In this document: positions 1-13,750 of the stretch, one piece after another
Numbering within the stretch: position 1 is the first letter of the stretch
Layout of the letters: the number at the start of each line of letters is the position of its first letter
Source of the DNA: the human T2T-CHM13v2.0 reference genome, Homo sapiens
Length of the DNA: 64,000 nucleotides
Assembly (NCBI RefSeq): GCF_009914755.1
Contig: NC_060937.1
Direction: 5' to 3' (one strand)
The notes under the pieces: model-generated
Database searches by the model: none
The model's input: the letters and a program-made list of their open reading frames with translations, nothing else
Told to the model about the DNA's origin: nothing
Made by a program: the position numbers and the translations under genes

Positions 1-267
1 CTTATCACTCTCTGCTATCTCGGAGATTCTATTTGGCTGTCTTTAGGTCAGCGTGCTCACGCATAGATTTGTTGGCTGTTAAAGCAGGGAGAAGACAGCT
101 TGAGGGAAACAGTCCAGGTGGGGGTGGAGCCCGTAATGTTGGGGGCCAGGGAGGAGACCATAAATGAAACAATATCATCATTCCCCTAATAACATTTTTA
201 TGTCTTCCAAGTAGTGCTAAGTTCCCAGCATATTCTGGACCTACCTAATAAGTAAATCTTTTCGGGC

Positions 268-612
268 CAGAGCCACATTATGACTTTCATGGGCCCTGGG
301 CACTTTTGCCTTCATGGGCACCTTCCTCCATGAAAGAAAAAAGTATATATATTTATTATATTTTATCTACATATTTATTTATATGTCCATATATTATAAA
401 TACATATTTGTATATGCATTTATATATTTATAAATATATATAAAATATATATTATATATAATTATATTTTACAACTGAATTGGAGTAAAGGCGAATATAG
501 ATGGGATTCATGATTTTACATTAATTATTATATTCATTTTTTATTCTGATTTTAAAAGATTAAAGTGAAAACACTTTCGTGGGCCCTGGGTGCTGTGGGT
601 AAGTAGGCCCTG
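268..612 (+). mobile_element. Non-autonomous hAT-Tip100-type DNA transposon (ORSL-like) with internal TA expansion
   Basis: Termini CAGAGCC...GGCCCTG and repeated (C/T)TTC(A/G)TGGGCCC motifs near both ends. Resembles the recalled ORSL consensus. TA-rich tract at about 343-470. Confidence 0.6.
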
Positions 613-2899
613 GTGAAGACTGGAATGTTATGTGTCTCCATATGGTAAAATAATGCAAAGTTAATGCCGGAAGGCATTACCCTCCGTGGGCGTGGGGATA
701 GAAGTTGGACCAGGGTAAGTTCCACTTATGACAACAGTTTCGTAAGAGGCTTAGGCAAGTGGGAGCCGCTATTAAGGAAGGCAGACTTTAAATTATTACA
801 CAATTAAATTGTAGTTTTGTCTTTCATGAAGGCTTGAGCAAGTTTACCTTTTTGACAAGCTTATTTACTACAGGATAGGAAACAACGTTTGCAATATCAC
901 TTTTAAAAGAAAAGCAACAGCTTTCAAGAAATGATTTCCTCTGTTGATGCAGTTGCAATAATTTTCAATATCTCATTTGTGGTGCAGAAAAATGAAATAC
1001 CTCAGCCTTGGAAAATGAACGCAGAGTGAGATCACAAATTGATCTTGGCAGGAAAGAGGCAGGCAAAGGATTTTAAATACTTTAAAGTACTCTGCACCTC
1101 CAAAACACTGTCACTCTGAAAGTACAGTAATCAGGGGTGGTATTTAGAATGCCGAAAGATATACAAGAGATGGAGAAAGCCAATACTAAAATCTTAAAAT
1201 ACTAGAACTCAGAGGGTTAGAGGGTTAACTTCTGGAAGATTAAAAGGACAGTTATTGTGTCTCTGTGAATACTTAATAAGGCCAGAAAACATACCGAGCC
1301 AGAAATAAACAGATGCAAAGAGCATAGAGATGTGACTGACTCTTCCACAACAAATTACAAAGGCATATTAGAAAGCACTGCTACAAAGGAATGAATCCTT
1401 TGTATCCCTTGCGGGATCCTGAGAAACATGCCATTGGGAGAGTGGTTGATTGGGCTAAGGGTCCTGGTTCTTGAATCAGATTCACACTCCCTGGAGATCC
1501 ACAGAGAACGTCACAGAGAGAACACGTGGCTGCAGGAGCCTTATGTGCTGAGCCCACTTTGATGTTGCTGGAGAGTCCTACTCCAGCATCTTCCTATTTT
1601 CTCAGTTCCAGAGAAAATGAAAAAAAATGAACTTTTGCTTTAGAGTGAAGGGAAGTTGGATGAGAAGTGAAGACTGGAAGTTGGGCAGGCGGGACCTCTG
1701 GGGATGAACTTTCACCTGTCACAGTTTCAACTTATTTTGTGGCACAGAGTTGATTAAAAGAGCTTTCCTTTGGCACTGCTACTGTTGGAGGCAAGAAAAG
1801 GAAATGCTAATTTCTGGAAACTAGAATTGCTGCCCCTAAAAGCACAAGAAATAATGAGTGCTCTGAAAGAAAACACAGACAGGCACGTGATCCTCAACCA
1901 GAAAGCAACACACAAGCAATGGCATCAGCAGTTATTGAAATCCTAGCCTCTTTTTCTGATGCCAAGGAAGAGCAGATAAAAATCAACCTATGTTCCTTGG
2001 ATGGAAATCAAATTCTCATGTTGATGGTTTTCACCACTAATTTCATTGAAATGGCCCCGTGCTAACTTGGGCTTTCTGAAAGTATTCATGCCAGTAACTC
2101 AGCCTCCAAAGGGTGCCAGAGGGACTGAGCTGGTTGGGCTGAGTGGTGAGGTTGTGAGGTGGCTGCTGGCTGCCTGGCAGTCTCAGAGCCCAGTAGCCGC
2201 TGTGTGCTGGCCATTGGGGAGAGATTCTGATGGTGACATACTGAGAGTGATTAAATCTGTTTGGAAAGTTAGCCAGAAGGCAGAGAAATTGAAAAGGGAA
2301 TGTAGTTCATTCCTTTTGGGCACTGACTTTTCCCCATAAGTATTAACTCTTTGCTATCCTCAAAATCAGACTGGATTTTCACGTTTTCAAATTTGAAACT
2401 CATGGAAAATGCCAGACTGAAAACTATCAAAGTGTTTGCAAATGCTGAAGAGAATGGGAATAAAGCCATGAGAGTTTTCAGTAAATTGAATTTGCTTAGG
2501 TAGATTGTAACAACTCTCTTGTGAGGGCATTTGAGCCATCATGTTTAATTTGGGCCATTTAACAAAGATCCTGGGAGTGGAGAATTGAAAAGAGTGGGAC
2601 TTACAGGCTTTCTCTGGGATTGTGTTGTTTTCTGCCTACTCCATGTCCAGAGTGCGAGGAAATAAATCTAGGATGTTCTTAATGTTTGGAGGCTCAGTTT
2701 CTTAAGACGTTGGCTCTTTAGTTGCTTATTTGTGTAGTCCCTGTGAAAATAAGTGTGCCTTTTTAATTTAGCTGAGTGTTATTTCATTGTCTTTGATTCT
2801 TTTCACCTGAGTATGGTTGGGTTTGCAGAAGCCCAAGTGTACAACCTGTTAGCCTCTTTGGTCATGCAGAAAGGCCCTTCACCACCATTGGGACCTAAC

Positions 2900-2939
2900 A
2901 GTACTGATTCTGCTACTGAAGTACTGATTCTGCTACTGA
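2900..2939. repeat. Perfect 20-bp tandem duplication
   Basis: AGTACTGATTCTGCTACTGA occurs twice in tandem. Confidence 0.95.
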
Positions 2940-4202
2940 TGGTCTCAATAAATCAGTAAGACTGAATTTCTCATCCTATAGCAAATTTACCCTTACACGC
3001 AAGACCATTGAAAACACAGCCAGCGCAACATAGATTTTAGACCTACTTTTTATGGTATGTTTATGTCATTTATTTTACCTCTGTTTTCTGGATGTTCTCA
3101 AATGAAACATTAGGAGACTTTTCAGGAAAAACAGAAGGCTGTTACATTTTGACTATGAGAACACCTGGGAAGAGTAAGGGTGCATAAGCGAAGCAGCTTA
3201 TTAAGTGCTTCAGTAAAAGTAAGGGAACTAATTTGTCACACTGCATGACATTCAAAAGAACAAATGCCTCCTAGACTAAAATGCTAAGGAAGGGAACTCT
3301 AGAGAGAATGGAAAATTCCAAAGTATATTCATGATAAGAGATGCCTGAATTGTAAAAAGGGATTTTGCTAGGGGGTAAAACCAAGACATTTGTCCTTTCC
3401 CTGCATTTTAATTGTTACCAGCTTGAGTTTCTTGAGGCCCTAGTTTATCATCTCAGATTTCCTAACACTTTTCATGGCATGTAGCTGCAGATTAGTATGA
3501 AAAGCACAACTGCGTGCTTCAGTGAGCCTCTACTTGATTCTTAAAATGACGGTGATCTGGAAGGAAGGAATCCCCTCTGTTACCCCAAAGTGCAAAAACC
3601 ATGAAACTACAAAGTCCTGTGGCAGAAGCTCCATATGGAAGGTGTACTAGCTGTACAGGAGTGAAGCCCATAAACAATTGTGTTAAGTGCTGAAAACGTG
3701 GAATTGATGAGCATTTTCAATTTTTTTTTAGGAGGCCAGGTATTTGGATGAATAGTTTGGAAAGACAGTGAGCATTGTTTAAATGCCCCCCAAATTGCAC
3801 ACACAGAGTCCTAGCAGCAGCAACTTGCCCTCAGGCACAGGGGCAATGATTAAAGAAGGTTTTCTTAGATTGTAGTGTTATGGAATCATTATAATCAAAT
3901 CTACCTGAGGAACCTACCCACCAGAAGACAAAAAAAACAAGTAAGATATCACTGAAATCTTTTTTTTTTCCCAAATAAAAATGCGTATCTCATAGATTCC
4001 ATATGGTGAGAAGGGAGATGATTTGAGAGATTATCTCAATAGTACATATTAACTGCTCTTACGAGATGATCGAGTGATCTTATTCAGTATATTATTAAAT
4101 TTCTCTATCTGTAAAATATAATTAATAGCTTACCATTTTCATGGTAATGTTTAAAGATAATGAAAAAATGATAATCACAAAATGTTTTCAGATACTCTAA
4201 AG

Positions 4203-4414
4203 CAGAGGTCAACAAATTATAGCCATCAGCTAAATTCTGCCTGATACTTGCTTTGGTAAATAAAGTTTTCTTGAAACTCAGCCATACTTATTCATTAACA
4301 TATTCTCTATGGGTCCTTTCCCAAGAGCTGAGTGCTTGTGACATAGAACATGTGTCCCACAAAACAGAAAATATTGCTCTCTGGCTCTTTACATTAAAAT
4401 GTCAATAAATCTTG
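4203..4414 (+). mobile_element. MER58A-like hAT-Charlie MITE
   Basis: CAGAGGTCAACAAA...GTAAATAAAGTTTTCTTGAAACTCAGCCA...CTGGCTCTTTAC follows the MER58A consensus. Confidence 0.8.
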
Positions 4415-4679
4415 CTTTTAGGAAAAACCATCTTAGTTTTAGAAGCTGAACAAATGGACTTATGTACACTCTTACATAAATGACCAAGTTACGTGCATTT
4501 CTAAGCCTCTTAACATATATATAGGCCTACGGAGCTCTTAATCAAGGCATGAGAGACAGTATGTTCAGGCAAAAAGGCTTGAGCTGAGTAAAGTTCAGAT
4601 AGACACTGCCAATGACTGTTCCTGGGCAATGGTCTGATAGAGGCTGTCAACTCATAGTATCTATAAGGGGCACACATGA

Positions 4680-5235
4680 GTACGGAGCAGTGGTTGAGAA
4701 GGACTTGACCTTGGTTAGAGGATAAGCTCTCATTAGCCAACAATGAGATGTGTTGACTAGAAAAACAAATTCTGAGACTGCACCAATATCTTGAATGAGG
4801 AAAGGGATACTTCAGCTTCATTCTGTGCAGATCAGTCCACAACTGGAAGACTTTGTTTAGTTTTCTGCCCCCACATTTTTAAGGAATGAAAGACTGTTGA
4901 AGCTCATGGAAACTGAAGAGAGTGACCAGGTCTGGCTGGGGACTTGAAACTACACTATATAAAGAATGGCACAAGAAATTGCTATGTTTGACTCAAGAAA
5001 AGAAGACTCAGGGGTACACACAAGCCATGTTCAAATATTTGAAGAGCTTACTATTCAGCATAGCTCTTTGGTACAGTTCGAACCAAGGATAAGATGGCTT
5101 CCTGGTTAGGATGTGTACAGATGGAGTTGGTGGTCACAGGAGTTTAGAATGTTGTGGAGATGATTCAAGTATCAGTTGGGTGGTTGGATTGGTGACTTCG
5201 AGAATTCCTTCAAACCCTAAAATATTTGATTCTGT
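4680..5235 (+). mobile_element. L3/CR1 LINE remnant
   Basis: CCCCACATTTTTAAGGA, AGAAAAGAAGACTCAGGGG and TTCAAATATTTGAAG motifs, plus a CR1-type 3' end (CCTTCAAACCCTAAAATATTTGATTCTGTG). Confidence 0.65.
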
Positions 5236-6929
5236 GAAAAAGATGACCTCAAGGGAGCACTTACAAGTGTTTTCCAAGCTGATTCATTCCAAGACATGTT
5301 GGTATAAAGGAGAGGTAGTGATTTTCCAGTTCTAGAAATATAAATATTTAGGTTTCAGTGTATGCCCAAGCTAGCACACCTCAAGGTGGAGCCCGAACTC
5401 AAGTTGAGATTTTGAGAACATCACTAGTTCCAGTCACTTATTTTTCTATTTGAACTGAGATTTAAAAGCATGTTTTGATTCCCCATCTGAATATCCTGCT
5501 TCTTCTACAGGCTGTTGATAAGCTGAGGGAAACTTAGAAAGCTCATGTACTTTCTGTTGCTCTCTTCTATCTGTAACAAATGTTTAGTAGTTTTCCAATT
5601 ACTGCAGCAATGTTAAGAGGATCTGTGGTAACATAATTGCAAAGTGCTCAGGAATTCTTTAAAGGAAGCAGGCTTAATCTTTGATTATCATCTTGATTAC
5701 CAACTATGGCAATAGCCTACTCCATTGATATCTTCTTATTACTTTTCATTTTTGCTAATAAAAGAGGCTACTAGTTACATATGATTTTAGCTCTCTGGAA
5801 ATAAGTGACAAAAATGAATAAATCATGTACTACTGTAGGTTGGCAGGCAGGGCACAAGATTACTAAATTTTGCACCATGAAAAAGAGAAAGCTAGAAAGA
5901 AATCAATCTTTGGCAAAGCTTGAGTAATCCATCCAATGCAATTCAAATGCATGGGTTAGTGAACCTCTGTGCAAGAGTTCTTATAACCTAGTTAGGTTTA
6001 ATTAGGACACAGGGACAACCAAAAGGGGAAAAAATAAGAATGTTGAACAGCAGCCAAGTGAATTTTAGAATAATGAAGAAATATCAAATAGGGTAAATCA
6101 ATGGAGTTAGAGGACACAATGGGGAAATGAAAAACATTCAAAGATAAATTAATGTAGGCCCAAGGGTTATGCAAGCAATTTACTATAAATATACTAGGGA
6201 AAAGAGACAGATGTAGGTGAACAAGGAAGCACAAAATTGGTAATACATTGTTATAAGTAAGAAATGGCATAAAACAAATGGTGTGGCAAAGCAGAAGGTC
6301 AGTGAACAAGAAAGAAAAGCATGTAAGAAAAAAATACAGACATTCTTTTGTAGATGACATGCTATTTAGCAAAAGTTTGTGCTATCTCATCAAGCACTAT
6401 AATGTCCTTGTAAATGTCATGTAAAGTAAATTTGGCCAGGCTTATTTACAGTTATGAAAACTGAGCCTCAACTTCTTCCAAAGTCACGGAAAACAGCAGG
6501 TTTTTACCTTTCAACCATATATGGAGAGTTTCAGCCAATATGCCCATTTTAGAGCCAGAAAATTCATGATTCCATTAATTTTTTAATTTACCTATAAAAA
6601 AGTAAAGTGCACTAATCTCATGTGTGCAGCTCAATTGACTTTTATGTATGAGTACAGGTTCCTGTAGCTATCTCTGAGATCAAGATACAGAGCATCTCCA
6701 GGATCCCTGAAGGTTGCCTTGTGTCTTTCTTGGTGTGTATCTCCCAAATATCACCACTCTTCAGATTTCTAACACCATCAATTTTGCCTGTTCTGGAACT
6801 TCTTATAAATGAAATTATACAGTATGTACATTTTTCTGTCTGGCTTCTTTCACTCAACATCATATCCATGAGATTCATCTCATGTTCTTGCCTGTACCAG
6901 CAGTCTATTATTAGTCATTGCCTCTATTG

Positions 6930-7138
6930 CAGGACTGGCAAACTTTTTCCATAAAGGGTCAGGTGGTAAATATGTTAGGCTTTGTGGATAATATGCTCTC
7001 TGTTGCAACTACACAATTCTGCCTTTGTAGCACAATAGCAGCCATCCACAATGTGTCAATGATTGAGTATAGCAGCTCTGTTCCAACAAATGTTATTTAC
7101 TAGGATTTAGTCTTTGGACCATACTTTGCCAATTCCTA
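6930..7138 (-). mobile_element. MER58A-like hAT MITE inserted in L1
   Basis: CAGGACTGGCAAACTTTTTCCATAAAGGGTCAGG...TTTGCCAATTCCTA, with an 8-bp TSD CTCTATTG (6922-6929) / CTCTATGG (7139-7146). Confidence 0.88.
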
Positions 7139-7497
7139 CTCTATGGTGTTCGTTGTAGGAATACATTACTATTTATCCATTTTCTTGTTGAGGAACATTT
7201 GGAGTGTTTTAGTCATTTGCTAAAAAGACTGGGTCATGGAATTTGTATTATGGTATTACCAGGTCATGGAATTGGTATTCTGATTGGGTTTAATAAATAC
7301 TGTCAAACAGCTTTCCAAAGTGGTTGAACCAATTTATACTCCCAGCAATGGAGTATGAGAGTCTAGATGTACTGCTTCTTTGCTAATATTTAGTATAGCT
7401 GGTCTTTTTAATTTTAATTATTCTGCATCTGTCTAAAGGATTCTCTGTATGGTTTTAATTTATATTTCCTTGATAAGCATGATATTGAGCATCTTTC

Positions 7498-7663
7498 ATA
7501 TATATAAGCATATATACATATATTTAAAGTTATATATATCTTTTATATAAATATATACATGTGTATATATAAAAGTATATGTACATATTTATATAAAAGA
7601 TGTTTATACTTTATTTATATACATATATATATATTTTCCCAAAAGGGAGTATCCAAATGAGCC

Positions 7664-7721
<58 letters not shown>

Positions 7722-7725
7722 CGAG
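7498..7725. repeat. TA-rich tract and compound (TA)n(GA)n microsatellite
   Basis: Degenerate TA repeat at about 7498-7634, then (TA)n followed by (GA)n at about 7664-7725. Confidence 0.9.
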
Positions 7726-9029
7726 CTTGTCCAATGGAGAATTTTTTAATTCACCACTTTTAAATGAGCTATTCATTTTATTATTGATTTGCAGAGGTTC
7801 TTTATATATCCTGGAAATAAGCTCCTTATATATATTGCACGTATCTCCTCCCAGTTAATATTTCATTCCTAAGACAAGATAAGCAATTAATCTCATAATT
7901 TTTTTTCAATAAGACCCTTTCATTTCATCATTGAAATCAGCACTGAGTGGGTTGTAGCATTAACTAGGACATAAGAAAAACATCTCAGAAGTCCAGGAGC
8001 CTGTGGAAAGATCAGTACATTCGAAGACGTGGAATAGGATCCCTTCTCTCCTGAGACTATGGTGATCTTTTATACCTCTAAAGGGAGGCAGAGCACCAGG
8101 TTCTCGAAGGAACAGTAACCTTCAGGGAGGAAGGTGAAAGGAACTCATAGATGTAGCAGAACCGATATTTGGAACTACATCCCCAAAGCAAAGCCTTTCC
8201 TAACTCATTCACCATTCCAACTTCCCTGTGCTAAGCATGGAGGGAAACGAGTGACCTTGATATTGTTATTTATAATCTTCTTTTCAAAAAGAAGCCAATA
8301 CACATGAACCTCGTTTTTAAATGCCTGGCAGATACCCTGGAACAAGCCAAGAATGTTGTTCAGAATTCTATGTTCTGTGCTACACATTCTCTCTTTAGCT
8401 ATGTATTCTCCTTCTATTAAGTTATTGCAACATAAAGGTGATTTATTAAGATGAGAAGCAGACATTGCTAAAACAGGAAGAAAAGCAGAAAAGAAATAAA
8501 TGTTTCCTCAGAACCCACAAAGGAGAACAGATGTCAGCAGAAGCAGATGTATGCTTCTCCGGGGTGAAAGAAAGAATCCTTAATGCAATCAGAATCCCTG
8601 TAACATAAGTAACCAAGAAAGTAGAACATCGAAAACTTCACAGAACTTCCGCATGTGATGTTATGCATCCATAAGTACTACCCTAAGCGCACAAACTACC
8701 AATGACAAATGCTTTAAAACTATTTTTAAAAGACAGAAAAATGAGAATAAACTTGCAAATGTAAGGTTATATGTATCCTCTTTTTAGAATTAGAAACCCA
8801 TTCAGAAGATTTGCCTTGAGGAAGAAGTTATCAATTCTGTATCCTATTTAACTCAATCAGCTAAATAGCTAATGTCTGCTCTTGACCCACATGTGACAGG
8901 ATGAATGTTTAATTTCTTCCCAAATTTCAACATGTAAGAGAACACGATGTAAATTTTTTAGGTAAACATCTTGAGAAAAGTGACTGAATGAAATAACCAA
9001 AGTGTTTTCTTCTAAACCACAATGTCAGG

Positions 9030-9590
9030 ATATCAACATTTAAAAAATGTAAAACTTCTATGTGTCAACCACCAAGATAAAGATACTGGGAAAATATTTG
9101 CAGCAAATATGACTTTTAAAAGCATGATACGTTAATTATATAAAAAGCTCCTACATATTGATTTTTCACAATGAGCCCTTTAACAGACAAGTTTTCAACA
9201 GTCTTGAACTAACAATTTAGGAAAAAAGTAAAGAGAGTTAGCAAACATCAAAGTAATGTTAAACTTACTAAAAAAAAACAAGATATATCAATTGTCACCA
9301 ATCAAATTAGCAAATAGTTTTGAAATAAATAATAGGCATGGTGATGCCTGATAAAGATGAAATATGCACAAGCAATTTCATATGTTTGGACTATACATCA
9401 TATAAGGCCTTCGGGAAGCATTAAGAATATTAATAATATTTATATGTTTTAACATAGCATTTTTAGTTATTTCAATATAATCTCCAGAAATAATCATATA
9501 AGTTGACAGTATTTTTAAATAGGTCATAATTTCCAATGACAAAACTAATAATAAACCACATGACCAAGTATAAAGACAACTTAATCATTG
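9030..9590 (+). mobile_element. Highly diverged L1ME-like fragment
   Basis: AAAACTTCTATGTGTCAA, CTGGGAAAATATTTGCAGCAAATATGAC and ATATAAAAAGCTCCTACA resemble the end of L1 ORF2. Confidence 0.55.
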
Positions 9591-9719
9591 TCATCTTCCT
9601 CTGAATACATATTTGTCCTTAATTTTAAAAAAATACTTTTTATATTCTATCTGTCCAAATTTTCATGTTTTTTTCTTCCAAATCTCTGTCTTTTGGTCTG
9701 TTAGTTAGAAATTCTTTAA

Positions 9720-10023
<304 letters not shown>

Positions 10024-10089
10024 TGGCCTTTAAATATTTTATCTTGTCCTCCTATCTCTCATTATCATTCAACTATAGAGGCATAATAA

Positions 10090-10370
10090 TATAAAGTATG
10101 GCAAATCCATTCAATGAGAAGTGGCTATATAAATTGTATGCAAACCATAAAAAATGATTATGTGTAATATTAAACAGTGATTTCAACAATATCATTAAAT
10201 GCCTATGCATAGAAGAAGAAGCTAAAAGGAAATACACTAGACTACACCCAATTATTGTGTTTCACTCATGGGACAGTGGGTTTTGTTTTTCTTTCTTCCT
10301 TTGAATATTCAAAACTTTTCACATTTCCTTTAATAGGATGTACTTTCTCCAGAATGAAAATGCAAATCAT
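10090..10370 (+). mobile_element. L1ME-like 3' end remnant
   Basis: TATGGCAAATCCATTCAATG and TGCATAGAAGAAGAAGCTAAAAGGAAATACAC resemble an old L1ME 3' UTR. Confidence 0.5.
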
Positions 10371-11609
10371 TAAAGTAATTGCTCTCTTCTTCAAAAGATC
10401 ACTTTACTCACAACCCTCTTTTAAGATTTTTTTTAAGAGTTTCTAGTTTCCTTCCCAACAACTCTGATCAGCAGTTCTCAGAGTCCCACTGTTTACATTC
10501 ATTCTCTTGTTGTATTGCAGCCAAGCAAATATTTGGTCTGTGCAGCCAGCAGAAAGGTGAGAGCAGATGAGATGATGAATCTAAACGGTTGGATGTTATG
10601 AGTCCTCCTGCCTTGTTAGGAGGTACAGGCACCCAGTACATCAGCTAAGCACTTTTCAAGTAGCAAACACTTGGCTGGAGCTCAGCCCTCCTTCTGCTTA
10701 TTTGCTACTGAGTTCCCCCTTTCTTGATCTTGAAGCCTGTTACAAGATACACGCGGTCTAGATTTTTATCTCATTCCTGTTTCAGGCTTTGAATCTGGCT
10801 CAGATCGTCTCGTTTCTGTGGAAACCCCATGGTTGGTAGGCACAAATGACCTTGTCCTGATCATGTATTCATCATCTCCAGTATCCTCACCCTCCTGCAT
10901 ATCTTTGTTCTTGAAGTGAGAAGTAGGTTTTAAAGCCAACCAAGGTTCTACTATTGACATCCTTCTAAGATGCATCTTCTTCAGGTGTCAAATGACGCTG
11001 CATTTGTCTGTACACCATCTCCTCAGAAATCTCTTATGTCTTATTGGCATTTACTTTGAGATAGAGAGGGTGGATGGAAAGGTGAAATCTAAAAGGGCAT
11101 GAGCTTACCCATGATCAAATAGCTCCTAGGTAGCAGGAATAAAAATGTACTCAGTTTCCTGACTCAGGGGTTCCTGATTGCCTGCTTTATGTTTTTTTCA
11201 ATGATTCTCCATCACTGTTTGTATATGTGTAATTTTTAAAAATTTGTTTAACTTAGTTCATGTTTTTCTAGGAGATGCTAGTCTCTGATAGATCTCCAAA
11301 AGTTAAAAAAAAATAAAAGTGATACATACTCTAATTCCTACCTATTCATTGAAAATAAATGGAAAGTGAATTTAACTGCTGTTCACAAGCTTTTTGACAG
11401 GCTTTCTCTAAAAGTGACTATTTCTGTAGTTAGCTGAGAAAGCAAAACAGGAGGAAAATTTTGCTTTTGATTACAACTCTTTCCTGGGAGGTAATACCAC
11501 TATGAAATTCTCTTTTTTTCTATGTATTTTTCTTACCTTCTAACCAGGTCACTACTTTTGGGGTAATAATGTGTCTGCAGGAAAATGGAAAATGTGAGCA
11601 GAAGGTGAA

Positions 11610-11940
11610 ATTATTTCACTCAATAGATATTTACAGGAACCTATCATGTTGCTATTCGTATTCAAAGAAAAAAATGCCTGATCCCAAGGTGCTTACCATC
11701 CTAATAGGAAGGCATGTAAACTCAATAGTGAGATGAGTGAGCAGGTACCATTGTGTGCAGGATTTGGTAGAGGCACAGGGGGAGGAGGATGTGGACATAC
11801 CTACAGGATGGGACTCCCTACCCGAAGGCTGGAAAGGGAGTAGAGAGGGTACAAGGTAGGAGATAACACTGCAGAGGCCTCATTGAAAAGAGTATTATTT
11901 GAAAGATAAGGGAGAACCACGGAGGGCTTTACACAGACAC
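11610..11940 (-). mobile_element. L2 remnant
   Basis: TTCACTCAATAGATATTTAC...CCCAAGGTGCTTACCATCCTAATAGG resembles the antisense L2 3' end. Confidence 0.45.
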
Positions 11941-12593
11941 ATCCTATGACCGTGACATTGGAAGTAGTTCTTAGTTCCTGGGTTCATCTGATGCTAAACT
12001 GTACGTGAACACTAACTCCTTAAGACATACGTTCTTTGGTTTGAGGCCTTACCACATGTTTGGATCATGCTCTTCTGAATTGATAAACAGGCTGTTTAGT
12101 GGTATCCATTTATATTTGATACTCTGCTTCAAATATGGCAATTTGATCAACTGAATGCAGTCTTTGAAGCCACAATAAATGTATTTTTTTGCTTAAGTAG
12201 ATAATGAAAATAGCAAGAGAAATCGATGAATGAAACCACCATTTGGAGGCATCCTTGTTGCATTAAAATGTAAGATATTTGGAATGAGCTACATGCAGAG
12301 GGAGTGACGGTTCACTAAAGAGATAATGTGATAAGTGGCCTTCTTCTCCCTTAGCAATCAATGTTTATTTGTCCTTAGCAATTTTCTTTATTTTCTACTG
12401 GGCATACATTTCTCCTTCAAAATAAAATAATCTACTGGAAATGAAATTGATCAATAGGCAAGTCAGAGGATTTTTTTCAAAAATCTACAAATTAATAGGT
12501 ACAAGTCATTAAGGTGGAATAGATATCCTTATTGTAAATGTATGTATCATCTAAATTCAAGGTAACAGGTTTCCTGTGCATACGTGTGTATAA

Positions 12594-12598
12594 GAGAG

Positions 12599-12639
<41 letters not shown>
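12594..12639. repeat. (CA)n(GA)n microsatellite
   Basis: Read directly from the sequence. Confidence 0.9.
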
Positions 12640-12669
12640 CTGAAACAAGGAGGCTTTAATGTATTACAG

Positions 12670-12826
12670 CAATGGTTCTCAATTTATCAAGCATCAGAAG
12701 CAGCAATTGGGCTTGCTAAAGCACAAATTGCTGGACCCATCCCCAGAATTTTTACTTCAGTAGGTCTGGAACAAAACCTGCAGTTTGGCATTAGTTGATC
12801 CAGGAACCACATTTTGAGATCCACTC
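12670..12826. mobile_element. MER5A-like hAT MITE
   Basis: CAATGGTTCTCAA...ATTGCTGGACCCATCCCCAGA...CAGTAGGTCTGG...ACCACATTTTGAGATCCACT. Confidence 0.75.
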
Positions 12827-12939
12827 TACCAGAGAGCTCTGGACTCATCAATCGTATTTCCCCCTTATACCAGGTAGCCATGATGCTCTTACTAGCATGC
12901 AGGGGTGGAGACCTAAAACATCAATGGTTAAATTCGTCA

Positions 12940-13162
12940 TTCTTTGTACACCCCTCCCCTTTTGAAATCCCTAATAAAAACTTGCTGGTTTTGTGGCTCA
13001 GGGTCGCCATCACTGTCCTACCAATATTTGATGACACCCCTGGAGGCCCAGCTGTAAAATTTCTCTCTTTGTACTCTTTCTCTTTATTTCTCAGACCGGC
13101 TGACACTTAGGGAAAATAGAAAAGAACCTGCGTTGAAATACTGGGGGCTGGTTCCCCCGATA
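12940..13162 (+). mobile_element. 3' fragment of a MER11 (HERV-K11/HML-8) LTR
   Basis: CCCTCCCCTTTTGAAATCCCTAATAAAAACTTGCTGG...GACACTTAGGGAAAATAGAAAAGAACC...GGTTCCCCCGATA matches the MER11 polyA-signal/U5 end. Confidence 0.85.
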
Positions 13163-13559
13163 TAGTTGGATGTAATATTTCTTATTAATTTGTGGAGATT
13201 TTATTTATTTTTCATAAAGAATCAAATATTTAGAGCTAACAAGGATTTAAAACAGTATCTGACTTAATCTATTGTCTATGGAAGAAGACAGTCAGGCCCC
13301 AACAATTTAATTCACTTTATTAAGGTCCTGTAGATACTTACTGGTGATGCCAGGAGCAAAATGTGTCTATCTCTGAACTCCCTGACCACACAATCTTTGC
13401 ACTTTGCCACCTGGCTTTTGCAACTTTTAATTTCAGAGTCATTAATAAATGTGTTAGTTATTATACAACTTAGGGTGCCTCATATTAGTGAGACAATTGT
13501 TTAAATGCATCTGCCACATTTTTGACATGGTTATAAAGGCAAATTAGCTACCACTACCT

Positions 13560-13750
13560 GTTATTTATTGAGCACTCACTAAGTGCCTGGTGCTATACTT
13601 CACATCCATTAGTCCTGGTTAATCTTTAACTGGCTCTGAGGAACAGGTCACATAGTTCTTACTTTTCTGATGAAGAAACTGAGACTCAGAGAGGTTGCAT
13701 GGCTTAGTCCAATTCATGCAGCTAGGAAGTGACATTAGGAGGGCAAGCAT
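13560..13750 (-). mobile_element. MIR
   Basis: TTATTGAGCACTCACTAAGTGCC and the core GATGAAGAAACTGAGACTCAGAGAGGTT. Confidence 0.8.

Larger units (their letters stand above)
6580..7855 (-). mobile_element. Old L1M (L1ME/L1MD-like) 3' region, interrupted by MER58A and TA/GA microsatellites
   Basis: Antisense L1 motifs ATCAAGATACAGAGCATCTCCA, TCTGGCTTCTTTCACTCAACAT and TTTCCAAAGTGGTTGAACCAATTTATACTCCCAGCA. Confidence 0.8.

Noticed and set aside
10766-10975. 69-aa hydrophilic minus-strand ORF that looks protein-like
   Set aside because: I recognise no domain, the length is within chance expectation, and there is no clear exon context.
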